A stretch of DNA of 64,000 nt from a virus (lineage: Duplodnaviria; Caudoviricetes). Numbering within the stretch: the stretch's first letter is position 1; each line of letters opens with the position of its first letter. The position numbers and the translations under genes were made by a program. Under the pieces are notes generated by a model, which saw only the letters and a list, made by a program, of their open reading frames with translations, was not told the DNA's origin and made no database searches. Positions 49,710 through 59,375 of the stretch are shown in pieces. Location of the stretch: IMG/VR virus record IMGVR_UViG_2894787282_000001, positions 32,001 to 96,000 of that record. One strand, given 5' to 3'.

Positions 49710-50112
49710 GGTGTTCCTCCCGGTCGTCCTGGGCGGCCAGCTTTGAGCGCAGCTCGTAGCCCATGAGTGGCCAGATTTTGTTGACAGCGTTTTGCCGGGC
49801 GATCTTGCGACCAATCTCGGCATCAAAGTTTTCAGGCGATGCGCAGGCCGACTCGCCGGTCACGGTGAAGCCGTTGCGCAGGACAAGAACGCAGAATGTC
49901 AGGAGACTGAGTTGCTGATTCCTTTTTGGAAGGTCTCCTGGGTATGTTCCAAGGCCCTCAGCGGCGAGCCTATTTGCAAACTTCCCGACGACGCCTTCAT
50001 CAGCCGTGAAATAGTGCTCGGCGGCAATCGCAGCTTCGATGTCCGCAGGCGTCACACGCGCGGCTGTCTTGCCCTTGGCTTGGATTTCTTGCTCGATAGA
50101 TTGGTCAGTCAT
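49702..50112 (-). CDS. Phage Gp49/Sf6 gp66 family protein (possible Acb4-like sponge)
   Basis: LTFCVLVLRNGFTVTGESACASPENFDAEIGRKIAR.NA..KIWPLMGY. Confidence 0.85.
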   Translation of the reverse strand: MTDQSIEQEIQAKGKTAARVTPADIEAAIAAEHYFTADEGVVGKFANRLAAEGLGTYPGDLPKRNQQLSLLTFCVLVLRNGFTVTGESACASPENFDAEIGRKIARQNAVNKIWPLMGYELRSKLAAQDDREEHHG

Positions 50113-50131
50113 GGTGCTCTCCGTTAAAAAA

Positions 50132-51700
50132 TCAGTTGGCCTGCGTGGCAGCGCCGCGCAGGATGGAATAGGTCAAGGCGCGGTCGATGACTTCGCGCAG
50201 GGATTCGTTGTCCATCTGGCCGACCAGGCCCTCCAGGGCGGTCTGGAACTCGGCCAGGGTTTTGCCTTCGGACTCGAACTGCACCAGCATCTGGTAGACG
50301 GGCGCGATCATGTTGTCTTCGATGGCCTGGTCAGCGGCATCGGCAGCGAGCGCCATGGCTTCGTCTTCTGTCATGCCTGCAGCCTTGGCAAAGGTGAAAC
50401 CGGCCACGGCGTTGAAGTCCACCGCTGGCTGACTTGCGTCGCCTGCAGCTGCTGGCTTGTTGCTTGTTACGCCGGAAAGGCGTGCAGTCAGGGGCAACAA
50501 GGCGTCGGCATCATCCACCGCAGGTGGAATATCGAGTTCATTCAGCATGGCCTTGCGTGAGGGTTTAGCACCCATGTTGGCGGCGATCTGATAGGTCTCG
50601 GCCCGCGCCTTGCCAGCAGCTTCCTGCTTGAAAAACTCCAGTGTTGGCGGCGAGACGCCATCACCGAAGTTGAACAAGGTGATCCACTTGAAAATCTGCG
50701 CCATGCTGGCCGCCGAGATATCGCGGTCAGAGTCATGCACCGAGTTCTGCCGATCCATCGCTGTCTCTGCAGCAGCGCGGGCACCTACGTCGAGCTGCTC
50801 GCCGATCATGGCCTGGCTGGTGAGCGCCTTGCTCATTTCACGGTTGCACAAAGTGATCAAATTTTGCTGTGGCAGATTGCTGCCACCACCTGTGGGCGTC
50901 AACAGCTCCAGACCAGTGCCTACCTCTGTCACCACATAACCGGCTTCAATCATCCCGGCCAGTGCATCGGCCAGTTTGTCCTGATCTTCTTCACTGGTGC
51001 CAGCCGGATAGCGCTCCACGGGCCAAGGCAGGCCGTGGCGCTCGCAGTACTTGACGAAATACCGCCAGCCACCGGTCTTGAAGGTCCAGGGCCAAAAGCA
51101 GCTCGAAAGCAAGGCCATGCCATAGGGGTTGTCAGTGGTGGGCATGTGCCGGGACACCACAAACTGATACGGCTCGACCGGCGCGCCCTGCCACTGGTCG
51201 CGTGAGATCAGCAGCGGCGCGCCATAGGCATCGAAGCGAAAGCGCCGACCTGGGCGGTCCAGCACCATGCTGGGCAGGTAATGACCGTCCACCAGGTCCC
51301 AGACTATTTCATGCACCCGGTAACCAGTGAAGATGGAGGCGGTCATTTGCCACATCACCTCCAGCCAGTCAGACACGTCATTGGGTGCCAGGGACTGCAT
51401 CCACTTAACACACAGCTCCATGGCCGCTGCGGCCTTGCTGTCGTTGTCACTGCCGGGAGTCAGTCGGTAGTGGTAAGAACGAAAGGAGCCCCGGATAGAG
51501 CGGATTTCGCCCATGACATGGGCGTCGGCCATGATGGAGTAGTAGACCTTTTCCGCCTGGCCCATCTCGCGCAGGATGGGGTCGGGGTTGGGCAGCGAGA
51601 ACATCGTGCCAAAGTACTTTTGCGGGTCGGTATCAGGCCCTGCGATGGGCTTGCCGAGCCAGCCTTTCATTGTTTGAACTAGGCCGCGTGTAGAAATCAT
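50132..51700 (-). CDS. Mu gp29-like portal (DUF935)
   Basis: G..VHEIVW, NPYG.ALL..C.WP..FK...ER.G.P, CNREMSKAL. Confidence 0.85.
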   Translation of the reverse strand: MISTRGLVQTMKGWLGKPIAGPDTDPQKYFGTMFSLPNPDPILREMGQAEKVYYSIMADAHVMGEIRSIRGSFRSYHYRLTPGSDNDSKAAAAMELCVKWMQSLAPNDVSDWLEVMWQMTASIFTGYRVHEIVWDLVDGHYLPSMVLDRPGRRFRFDAYGAPLLISRDQWQGAPVEPYQFVVSRHMPTTDNPYGMALLSSCFWPWTFKTGGWRYFVKYCERHGLPWPVERYPAGTSEEDQDKLADALAGMIEAGYVVTEVGTGLELLTPTGGGSNLPQQNLITLCNREMSKALTSQAMIGEQLDVGARAAAETAMDRQNSVHDSDRDISAASMAQIFKWITLFNFGDGVSPPTLEFFKQEAAGKARAETYQIAANMGAKPSRKAMLNELDIPPAVDDADALLPLTARLSGVTSNKPAAAGDASQPAVDFNAVAGFTFAKAAGMTEDEAMALAADAADQAIEDNMIAPVYQMLVQFESEGKTLAEFQTALEGLVGQMDNESLREVIDRALTYSILRGAATQAN

Positions 51701-53289
51701 TTTCTTTTTCCAGTTCTGATTTTGGGAATGCCCCCGGCGCTCTTTTGAAAGAGCTTCCAGAGCATTTGCAGACCATCGGGACCGTCGTCATGTGCGGCCT
51801 CTGGGTAGTGCTTCACGTTGTCGTTGAAGACGGTGTGGCGCTGGTTGAAAAGGATCAGGCCGTTATTGACGTGCGGCGCGACACCTTCGATCAGGATGTC
51901 TTTGTCCCGGTCGTTGTGGATGCCTACGGCGGGCACCGGAACAAATAGCTTCGCCGACTCTTTGACGATTTGCTGCCTGAAATACTCCTGGAAGGCAGTG
52001 TCTTCAATGCCCCAAGTGATGCATCGGTATTCGCGCTGAAAGTCGATGATCTTTTCGATCTGCTTATCAGGTTTGATGCGGGCGAGAATGGCTTCAACGA
52101 TATGCAGCTTCAACTCGTTACGAGGAGAGGCACCAACCAAGATGCAGCAGGGGTCGCCCTTTCGAGCGCTGCGTCCCATGCTGGGGTCATCAACACCGCG
52201 ATAAATCCACTCACGTTTGATTTCAAACCAGAACTGCATTCCCGTGAAGATCGCGTTCTCTTCATTTGATGGGTCGTTCTGATACTCGCAGTCAAAGGCG
52301 TGGTGATCGCTGGCCCGAATCTTCATCAGGCGCAATAGTGGGCGAACGGTGGGCCAGCTGACCACGGCGCCCTGGTCCATATCTTTCTTGCGAGTTGCGT
52401 AGTAGGCGTCCGCAGCTTCCTCGCCTTCGCTTTTGAAGACGTCTTCCCATTCTTGCCATAAATCCATGCGGTCAGGCCAGCGCACGATAGCCTTGAACTT
52501 GAACCGCTTCCACATAGGGTTTTGGTGGAAGCGGTTCGCCACTGAGTCGTGGTGCAAGATGGTGTTGAGGTACAGGATGTGCATGGAACCATCGGGCGGC
52601 CCCAGCGGCATCACCACTTTCTTGACCCATGCCTCGGTCTTGTCGCGTTGCTCTTTTGAGCGGACGTTTTCATCGTTTTCGATATCGTCCAAAGTGACAA
52701 AGCCAGGGCGGTGTGGGCCGTGGCGCAGGCCACGCATTTTCTTGCCGGAGCCGAATGCTTGAACCTTGCGGCCATTGGCTGTAACGATCACGCCTGCATT
52801 CCACACTCGACCACGACCACAGGCATTGGGGAAGTCCATAGCCAAACGTGGGTTGCTCTCCAGCTCTGCCTTGATGGCTTCCAACATGGTGGCGGCCTGG
52901 TCAAAACTGTCCATGACGATGGGCAGGAACCACTGACGCTCGGTCACCACAAGCCACAAGTTGATCAGCTGCGTACCCAATGTTGACTTCGCCTCACCAC
53001 GCGGGGCAGACACTTCGATGAGCTGGCCGACCTTCATATCCAACATGGGTGGCACGTTGTCATAGAACCAGCGATGAAAGACAGACGGATCGCCCTTGAT
53101 GTAGTGCGGGAAGTAGGTCTTGCCGAAGAACTCGAAGTCGTTCTGTGCGCGGCTGGCCCGTTGATCACGTGCCGCATGGTCCGTAGAGAAACCGTCGCAC
53201 TCGGCTGCAATCAGGCGGCGCTGTTCGTCTGCAAAGGCGCGCAGCTCTTCCAGGAACTCTTTGTCCTTGAGGCGTTTTTGCTTTGCCAT
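51697..53289 (-). CDS. terL: Terminase large subunit
   Basis: APRGEAKST, RGLRHGP.RP...LDDIEND, EYQNDP, HDDGPD. Confidence 0.9.
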   Translation of the reverse strand: MAKQKRLKDKEFLEELRAFADEQRRLIAAECDGFSTDHAARDQRASRAQNDFEFFGKTYFPHYIKGDPSVFHRWFYDNVPPMLDMKVGQLIEVSAPRGEAKSTLGTQLINLWLVVTERQWFLPIVMDSFDQAATMLEAIKAELESNPRLAMDFPNACGRGRVWNAGVIVTANGRKVQAFGSGKKMRGLRHGPHRPGFVTLDDIENDENVRSKEQRDKTEAWVKKVVMPLGPPDGSMHILYLNTILHHDSVANRFHQNPMWKRFKFKAIVRWPDRMDLWQEWEDVFKSEGEEAADAYYATRKKDMDQGAVVSWPTVRPLLRLMKIRASDHHAFDCEYQNDPSNEENAIFTGMQFWFEIKREWIYRGVDDPSMGRSARKGDPCCILVGASPRNELKLHIVEAILARIKPDKQIEKIIDFQREYRCITWGIEDTAFQEYFRQQIVKESAKLFVPVPAVGIHNDRDKDILIEGVAPHVNNGLILFNQRHTVFNDNVKHYPEAAHDDGPDGLQMLWKLFQKSAGGIPKIRTGKRK

Positions 53290-53798
53290 CAGGCACCGCC
53301 TCCACTGAACTCGCGCACAAAGTCGTCTGCTGCGGCTTCGGTGATTTCAATGAACTGTTCGCGCAGCTTGGGGTAGCGGCCCGCAATGAACACGCTCAGG
53401 AACTTGACCACGTCCATGGCCACGGCCAGGCGGTTGGCGTTGGGCATGGCCCGGCTGGCGGCGCCGATGGCCTTGTTGTAACCGTCCATCAGGCGCACCA
53501 TGATGTCGGCGCGCTTGTCGGCAGGCATCTTGGGGTCTTTCTTAACGGCTTCCAGTGTGGCCAGGAACTGCTCGGCGAGTTCGCCCAACACCTCGTTGGC
53601 CATGTCTTCCACACCGCTCTTGGTCATGCGCCTGGCGTTGCGCGTCAAGTCCCAGTCGTTGCCGTCGTCAGCGTCCTGGCGCTTCCAGTTGCGGGCGGTG
53701 TTGTAGGGCACCTTGCACGCTTCGGCAGCGGTGGCCAGGGGCAGGCCCTGCACGTACTTGGCGCGCACCTTGTTGCGGGTGGAACGTTCGTAAGCCAT
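53289..53798 (-). CDS. DUF1804-like putative terminase small subunit
   Basis: HTH (VPYNTARNWK...G.DWD); directly upstream of TerL. Confidence 0.75.
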   Translation of the reverse strand: MAYERSTRNKVRAKYVQGLPLATAAEACKVPYNTARNWKRQDADDGNDWDLTRNARRMTKSGVEDMANEVLGELAEQFLATLEAVKKDPKMPADKRADIMVRLMDGYNKAIGAASRAMPNANRLAVAMDVVKFLSVFIAGRYPKLREQFIEITEAAADDFVREFSGGGA

Positions 53799-53801
53799 TG
53801 A

Positions 53802-54089
53802 TCAGTGCCCCAGGCCCCGCATTGCTGCGATACCTGCTGCCACGATGGCCCCCGCCAGAGCGCCGGTGCCAGCGGCGCGGATCGCGGTGCCGCGTTCATT
53901 CGCCTCCAGCGTAGTCAAACGGCTTTTGACATCATCAAATTGGACGCCTACCGACTTGCTCAAATCTTCAATACGCGTTTGCGTGGCAAGATGATTTTGC
54001 TGTAGCAGTGCCGTCATAGCGGTGAGTTGCCCCTTGACCTGGCCCATTTCAACCAGCAAGGCATTGGCTACAGCGGTGGGGTCACTCAT
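53802..54089 (-). CDS. Small coiled-coil protein with C-terminal TM segment
   Basis: Position between lysis and packaging genes. Confidence 0.6.
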   Translation of the reverse strand: MSDPTAVANALLVEMGQVKGQLTAMTALLQQNHLATQTRIEDLSKSVGVQFDDVKSRLTTLEANERGTAIRAAGTGALAGAIVAAGIAAMRGLGH

Positions 54090-54309
54090 GATTTCTTCCT
54101 TTTAGCTTTTCAAAAATGGTTTGGCAGGTGACACACCTGATGGCGTTGGGTGCCGCTTTGCGGCGCTCGCGCGGGATCGGTTCGCGGCAGTCTTCACAGC
54201 GGGCTTTGCCTTTTCCCTGCAGTGCACGGCGCGCGGCGGATAGACCATCGTCACGGCGGCTTTGCTCCAGGGCGGCGGCTTGTTCATGAAACTTTTCATC
54301 CACAGACAC
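54082..54309 (-). CDS. TraR/DksA C4 zinc-finger protein
   Basis: CEDC.EPIP.ERR.A.P...RCVTCQ. Confidence 0.85.
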   Translation of the reverse strand: MSVDEKFHEQAAALEQSRRDDGLSAARRALQGKGKARCEDCREPIPRERRKAAPNAIRCVTCQTIFEKLKGRNHE

Positions 54310-54314
54310 GGCTC

Positions 54315-54599
54315 CTAGCGATCTGCTTCAAACTTGATGCAGATGTCATGGTTGATCTCCAGGAAGGACAGCAGGTTGCACATCTGCTGAGCCAGCAGGT
54401 GATAGGCCCGCGCTGTGGCCAGGTGGTTTGATTCCAAGTCCCGCATCTGGCCGGAGTCCGGGGGTGGCAACGGCTGGGGCGGTGCTGTCAGGCTGGCCGG
54501 GGGCGGCACCTTCGGTGGTGTGCCCGGCGTTGGCGTCGGCCCAACGGCGCAAGCGCTCAGCAGGCAGCACGCAACTATCGACAGGGTCAGCAGGCGCAT
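54315..54599 (-). CDS. o-spanin (Rz1-like lipoprotein), overlapping the i-spanin
   Basis: MRLLTLSIVACCLLSAC lipobox, Pro-rich, alternate frame of Rz-like gene. Confidence 0.72.
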   Translation of the reverse strand: MRLLTLSIVACCLLSACAVGPTPTPGTPPKVPPPASLTAPPQPLPPPDSGQMRDLESNHLATARAYHLLAQQMCNLLSFLEINHDICIKFEADR

Positions 54600-54858
54600 G
54601 ATCTTGGTCCTTGGCAAGTTGATTGAAAAAAGTGTTGACGGCGACACGCCCGCGTTCCTGGCGGGTGCCCACAACATCGGCGCGCTTGATCACGGCCTGG
54701 GTGTCGGCCTTTTGGGTGGCTTCGGCCTTTTCATTGACCTTCAGCTGGGCGGCTTCGCAGGTGGTTTGACCACTGGAGGCACCGAGGTCATAGACATATA
54801 GGAGCGCTGCCATGAATGCGATGGTCGCCAGGGCGAGATAGATGGCTGAGCGGATCAT
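54346..54858 (-). CDS. i-spanin (Rz-like)
   Basis: N-terminal TM then coiled coil, after endolysin. Confidence 0.72.
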   Translation of the reverse strand: MIRSAIYLALATIAFMAALLYVYDLGASSGQTTCEAAQLKVNEKAEATQKADTQAVIKRADVVGTRQERGRVAVNTFFNQLAKDQDHAPADPVDSCVLPAERLRRWADANAGHTTEGAAPGQPDSTAPAVATPGLRPDAGLGIKPPGHSAGLSPAGSADVQPAVLPGDQP

Positions 54859-55475
54859 GCGCAGCTCCTGGTGCCCCAGCTGGCGTACAGCGGCTCAAAC
54901 TTGCGCAGGATCACCACGGGGTAATGCTGGTTTTCTGCCTGGCTGGCTTGCGCCACGCCGGGGTTGAGGTTGCAGGTGCGGTCCAGGCACACGCCCGGTG
55001 TCGGGCTGATCTTCTGGCGCTTGTAAACCCACCCCAAGCCGCCGTTGTAGGCGCTGAGGGTGAAGGCCATTCGCTCACAGTCGTTCGCCGCCTTGATGCG
55101 GTCAGACAGCCACTTGTCATAGGTAACCAGGGCGCGCAAGGCCCATGTGGGGTTGGTGGGGGCGCGCTCGCCCAGGCTGGCGTAGAGGCCACTGATCCAG
55201 GTGCTGGTGGCGGGCATGAACTGCGCGAGGCCGACAGCGCCAACCGGGCTGCGCGCAGACTCACGCCAACGGCTCTCCTGGTGCACCTGGGCCGCAAAGG
55301 TGGCAATCGGCGCATTCAGGCCCCAGACGTGCTGGGCCTCGCGCTTGAGGGTGAGCTGATGGCGGTGAGCGTCACGCGGGATAGCTTGAGCCATGGCCAC
55401 AGACAGACAAGCGCCCGCCACGAAGAGCAGCATGCCGACATGCACCCAGATGGCCAGGCGAGTGATCGGCCGCAT
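54855..55475 (-). CDS. Lytic transglycosylase (SLT) endolysin
   Basis: QES.W...A.S.VGA.GLAQFMP.T, AYNGG.GW, EN..Y. Confidence 0.88.
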   Translation of the reverse strand: MRPITRLAIWVHVGMLLFVAGACLSVAMAQAIPRDAHRHQLTLKREAQHVWGLNAPIATFAAQVHQESRWRESARSPVGAVGLAQFMPATSTWISGLYASLGERAPTNPTWALRALVTYDKWLSDRIKAANDCERMAFTLSAYNGGLGWVYKRQKISPTPGVCLDRTCNLNPGVAQASQAENQHYPVVILRKFEPLYASWGTRSCA

Positions 55476-55476
55476 G

Positions 55477-55821
55477 TCAGGCCCCCAGGCCAACGCAGAT
55501 CAGACAGGCCGCGACGATGATGGCGCGGCGCAGCATGGACTGACTGAACGTGCCGCCATGACAAACAGCCGTAGCAAATTCACCCGGCAGATCATCCGGT
55601 TCCGGCGTGTCGTCTATCTCCAGGTACTGATGCGGGCGGTCATAAGGGAACAGGCAGCGGTCAAGCCAGTAGCCACCCCAGCCGCCCAAGGCCATGAGGT
55701 GTGATTTGTAGACGGTGACGGCCAATAGGCTGCCGGGCTGAGATTGCTGCAGAAAGAGGCTCAAAACCATCAACAGCAGCATGAGCACCAGAAAGACCAA
55801 CATGCGCGGGATCGCAAACAT
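55477..55821 (-). CDS. Putative holin
   Basis: TM segments; GYWLDR.LFPY.RP...RRAIIVAA. Confidence 0.75.
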   Translation of the reverse strand: MFAIPRMLVFLVLMLLLMVLSLFLQQSQPGSLLAVTVYKSHLMALGGWGGYWLDRCLFPYDRPHQYLEIDDTPEPDDLPGEFATAVCHGGTFSQSMLRRAIIVAACLICVGLGA

Positions 55822-55843
55822 AGAGAACTCCAGACGTAAAAAA

Positions 55844-55910
55844 GGACTACTAAAAAAGTAGTCCCAGTGTCTGGATTCAGGGCATTCAGGTCATGGTGAA
55901 CTGGTTCACC
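55844..55910 (-). promoter_or_regulatory. Putative late promoter region with dyad sites
   Basis: GGTGAAC-TG-GTTCACC (55895-55910) and GGACTACT-AAAAA-AGTAGTCC (55844-55864) upstream of holin. Confidence 0.45.
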
Positions 55911-56064
55911 GTGCGGGAAATCGCGCACGCGCGAAGAATGCGGGGCATGATCAAACCTCTACCTCGATTGCGCCATGATTGATGCTATCCGAGAGTATTT
56001 TGCAGGTCACCCTGTCGCCTATGGGATTTTGATTGGGGTGCTGGTGCGCCACACGCTGGGCAGT

Positions 56065-56271
56065 TTATTTCAGAGCAAGGTAGGCAAGGAAAAGGCCTGC
56101 AATGGCAAGAGTCGCGTTAAATACATTCCATGACCAAACCAGACGCACTTCTCGCACCACCCTGTGTGCCAGGGTTGCTGTCCAGTGCCAACGCACCGCC
56201 ATTACCACGCCACCATCAGAGCGTTGATGCCTCTCGGGTCTACCGCGCCACCAGCGCTTGATTGGGTTCAT
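56065..56271 (-). CDS. Small membrane protein, probably co-expressed with the repressor
   Basis: Coupled to upstream ORF; C-terminal TM. Confidence 0.5.
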   Translation of the reverse strand: MNPIKRWWRGRPERHQRSDGGVVMAVRWHWTATLAHRVVREVRLVWSWNVFNATLAIAGLFLAYLALK

Positions 56272-56816
56272 TCAGCCTTTTTGCGCCTCGGTTTTGGTGG
56301 CGGCAAATTGGCAATCGCCTCGCGCACGATTTGATCAATGCTCTCTTTTTGCTTAGCTCGCGCAGTTTCGTCAATTGGAAACGGAAGCGCATCGAACATT
56401 GCAGTCTGGTTGGTGCGAACAACTTCTGCCCGACTTTCCAGAGTCTTTAAGTTCTTGGTTTTTTCGATGATCTGGAGACTCTCGTTAATGATTTGCAGGT
56501 GTCGTGCGGATTCAGCAAATGCCGGGTAGCGATCAAGTACTTCCTGCATGGCCAGCTTGGAAGCCGGATAGCCTTCTGCTGTGGTGATGAGCATTGCCAC
56601 TTCGGAAAACTGCTCGCGGTACTGATCCTCACGAACTAGCTTGATGCCGCCTTGTAGCGAAAAAGTGCCTTCGGTAAGTTGCTGTTTTATTGCACCCGCC
56701 ACGCGGGTTTCTGCGGTGTCCGCAGGGTTGAAAACACGCACCTCCAGGCGACTGCGCCTGTAGCCCCACATGAGCCAGGCCAAAACGAGCAAACCCAGGG
56801 TTATTGCCCACCCCAT
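56268..56816 (-). CDS. Membrane-anchored hypothetical protein (lysogenic cargo)
   Basis: N-terminal TM; immediately downstream of repressor. Confidence 0.65.
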   Translation of the reverse strand: MGWAITLGLLVLAWLMWGYRRSRLEVRVFNPADTAETRVAGAIKQQLTEGTFSLQGGIKLVREDQYREQFSEVAMLITTAEGYPASKLAMQEVLDRYPAFAESARHLQIINESLQIIEKTKNLKTLESRAEVVRTNQTAMFDALPFPIDETARAKQKESIDQIVREAIANLPPPKPRRKKAE

Positions 56817-56819
56817 GGC

Positions 56820-57383
56820 TCACGCTCTCTTTTTGCTGTCTGTCTTGATTTTCGGTTGCGGAACCACCCAATCATTCTTTGATTCATTGTCTTCTGCAGG
56901 TGTGTTCTTCTTCACGCGAGGTTTAACCGGGGCGGCTTCGGGCGATGGCGCCACCGCAGCTCTGGCGGCCTCACGGTTGGGCCTGTAATCAGCGACCAAG
57001 TCAATCGTCACATCATCTGAAGGCGCTGGCGCAACCGGGTTGTAGGCCGTGACATTGGCAGCCATGCCCGATGCTTGGCGGATGAATTCTTTGCCCACCG
57101 CAGGGGCCTTGCGGTAGGCCTCAATCAGAGCGCGTTCGTCTTGCGAAAGCTCACTGGATTCAGATGTCTCGCCAGTGACCAAGTAAACCAAGTCAATAGG
57201 CGACTGGAGCTGCTTGAAGTGCCCATAAAGATTCTGCAAATACGAAATGTCCGGAAGGCGCTCGCCGGCCTCGTAGTTCTGTTGGCCGCGTTTGCTAACG
57301 CCCCCCAGCGTTCCCATCGCTTCTTGGCTTTGCATTTTTTCTACACGAAGTGTCCGCAGACGCTCAGAAAAAGAAACACTCAT
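56820..57383 (-). CDS. XRE-family phage repressor
   Basis: ERLR..R....SQ...G.LGGVS...Q.NYE.GER.PD..YL; divergent from Ner-like gene. Confidence 0.85.
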   Translation of the reverse strand: MSVSFSERLRTLRVEKMQSQEAMGTLGGVSKRGQQNYEAGERLPDISYLQNLYGHFKQLQSPIDLVYLVTGETSESSELSQDERALIEAYRKAPAVGKEFIRQASGMAANVTAYNPVAPAPSDDVTIDLVADYRPNREAARAAVAPSPEAAPVKPRVKKNTPAEDNESKNDWVVPQPKIKTDSKKRA

Positions 57384-57465
57384 TTTTGCATCTTTCTATT
57401 GAAAAGCACTCAAACGTGCGCTATAGTTTCACCATGTTCACAGCGTTTTAGGAAAGGGCAAGAAC

Positions 57466-57696
57466 ATGGAGCCAGCAGATATTAAAGCAGCAATTGAACG
57501 GGCCGGAACGAATCAATCGGCCATCGCCCGTTATCTGGGGGTGACCACGGGGCACATCGCCCAAGTGGTGAACAAGAAGGTGCGCAGCGCCCGCGTGGAG
57601 GCGGAGCTACAGAAGATCACGGGTCGCCCGATTCATGCGCAGAAGGCCAAGCGCGGTCGCCGTATGGCTGTGTGGAATGGGCAGGTGGCCGTATGA
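57466..57696 (+). CDS. Ner/Cro-like HTH regulator
   Basis: DIKAAI...G.NQS.IAR.LGV. Confidence 0.78.
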   Translation: MEPADIKAAIERAGTNQSAIARYLGVTTGHIAQVVNKKVRSARVEAELQKITGRPIHAQKAKRGRRMAVWNGQVAV

Positions 57697-57980
57697 CTGC
57701 CGCTGCTCTCCAAGACACCATCAAAGCCCGCCGCGTAACCGGTGGCGCAGTGGTGACCGTGGTCCGTGCTGACGGACGTACCCACCGCCACCAGGTGAGC
57801 CTGCGCCGCTACAGAGCGCTGCGCGGTGCACTGACCGTTCATGACGGTTTGGCAGGCGGCAATTTCACCCATAACGGCTTCGAGTGCCGACTGCGCGACG
57901 TGGCTGGTATGGCCGCGTCACTGCGCTGGGTGAAGCGCAATGCCCCCCGCCTTTTGCGTGGCAATGGGAGGGCAGCATGA
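57693..57980 (+). CDS. Hypothetical early protein
   Basis: Coupled ATGA. Confidence 0.5.
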   Translation: MTAAALQDTIKARRVTGGAVVTVVRADGRTHRHQVSLRRYRALRGALTVHDGLAGGNFTHNGFECRLRDVAGMAASLRWVKRNAPRLLRGNGRAA

Positions 57981-58348
57981 GCGCCGCCACGACTGAAGGG
58001 TTTATGGAAACCTGGCGCGGTATGACCGCTGCAAGCCTGGCTGCGGACCCCGACGATGCCGAGTTGTCCAGGCACATCGCGTGGGCCAGCCATAGGCGCT
58101 TTATGCAAAAAGAAGCCCACCAGTACCTGCACGACTTGCTGGAGGTGTGCCGTGCCGTGCGTGCTGCCGCACAGGCTAAACCTTTGACCCCCGGCGAACT
58201 GACAGATCTTGAAAGCTGCCTGGCAGATTTTGCTGAAGCGGTGATAGCCGTCACACCGGTGGGTGAGTTGTGGCGGGTTGTGATGCTGCTGGCCTCTGAG
58301 GCGGCTGGCAACAAGGTGGTAACGGGTTTGGAGGTGCAGCATGGCTAA
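57977..58348 (+). CDS. Hypothetical early protein
   Basis: Coupled ATGA, GGAGG RBS. Confidence 0.55.
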   Translation: MSAATTEGFMETWRGMTAASLAADPDDAELSRHIAWASHRRFMQKEAHQYLHDLLEVCRAVRAAAQAKPLTPGELTDLESCLADFAEAVIAVTPVGELWRVVMLLASEAAGNKVVTGLEVQHG

Positions 58349-59375
58349 GAAAAATGAAGTGGCGGTGGTGGGCAAGAAGGCTGGTGATTTGGTAGAGATT
58401 ACGGATTCCGGAAAACCAGAGTCTGTAGATCCATTTGCCATGGTGCTGGACTTGCCAGCAGATGCGCTGGTGGGGCGTGCAGTAGAGGCGCTGAATGTGG
58501 CCGAGCGCTTGAATATTGGTGCTGGTCTTTGTCTGCTGAAGGCGCGAGAGTTGTGCAGTACGGAATCCGTACTTTTTGACGACTTCCTAAAAAATCACAA
58601 CTTCCCTCGGCCTCGTGCCTACGAGTTGATGGCCATTGCAGACGTTCTGCAACGCGCCACACCTGAAGATCGCAAGCGGCTGATGCAGCAGCCAAAGACC
58701 ACGCTGATCGGCCTGGCCCGTATGGATGACGAAGTTCGCCAGCAGCTGCTGGACACCGGCAAGCTTGATGAGCGGCTCACGCTCAACGAGTACAAGGCAC
58801 TCCTAGAGCGCAAAGATGCGGAGCTGGCAACCCGCGGCTCTGCCATTGAAAAACTGACCGCCCAGGTGCGCACCGCCGAGCTGACCGGGCGCAAGGCGCT
58901 GGACGTGCAAACGCCGCTGACGGTGGCGCAGGTGCGCCGTGAGGCTGCCAGCTACGCACAAGATGCCTTGGCTTGTGTGCATGGGTTCACGGGGATGGCT
59001 AACCGGCTGGTGCCGCTGGACAACGAACCCTCAACGCGGGCCTGGGTGAAGCCTGCGGCGCTGTCTATGGTGTCGCTACTCGTAGCAGTGCAAGACGCGG
59101 TGGCATACCAGTTAAGCGAGCTTGTAAGCCAGTTTGAACTGGATGTGGAGCTGCCCAGCAAGGCTGAATTGCACTTGGCAACACCCGGGCCTGAAGAGGC
59201 AGAGCTGATTCGCCGGGCGATGACGGGGGTGCTGGTGGGGTTTGAAACCCGCCAGAGCCAGGTGGCGTATGCGCAGTACCAGGAGCAACGCGAAGCCAAC
59301 CCCAGCAAAGGCGCACCGCGCAAAGCCCCCAAGGTGACCCAGGGCACAACGCGGGCGGGAGGGCTTAAAGCATGA
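58341..59375 (+). CDS. DUF3102-like early protein
   Basis: G.CLLKARE...F..FL.....PR.RAYELM.IA; precedes transposase as in B3/BcepMu-type phages. Confidence 0.6.
   Translation: MAKKNEVAVVGKKAGDLVEITDSGKPESVDPFAMVLDLPADALVGRAVEALNVAERLNIGAGLCLLKARELCSTESVLFDDFLKNHNFPRPRAYELMAIADVLQRATPEDRKRLMQQPKTTLIGLARMDDEVRQQLLDTGKLDERLTLNEYKALLERKDAELATRGSAIEKLTAQVRTAELTGRKALDVQTPLTVAQVRREAASYAQDALACVHGFTGMANRLVPLDNEPSTRAWVKPAALSMVSLLVAVQDAVAYQLSELVSQFELDVELPSKAELHLATPGPEEAELIRRAMTGVLVGFETRQSQVAYAQYQEQREANPSKGAPRKAPKVTQGTTRAGGLKA

Noticed and set aside
54315-54858. Overlapping ORFs in the Mu lysis cassette as a novelty
   Set aside because: This is the well-known Rz/Rz1 spanin arrangement.
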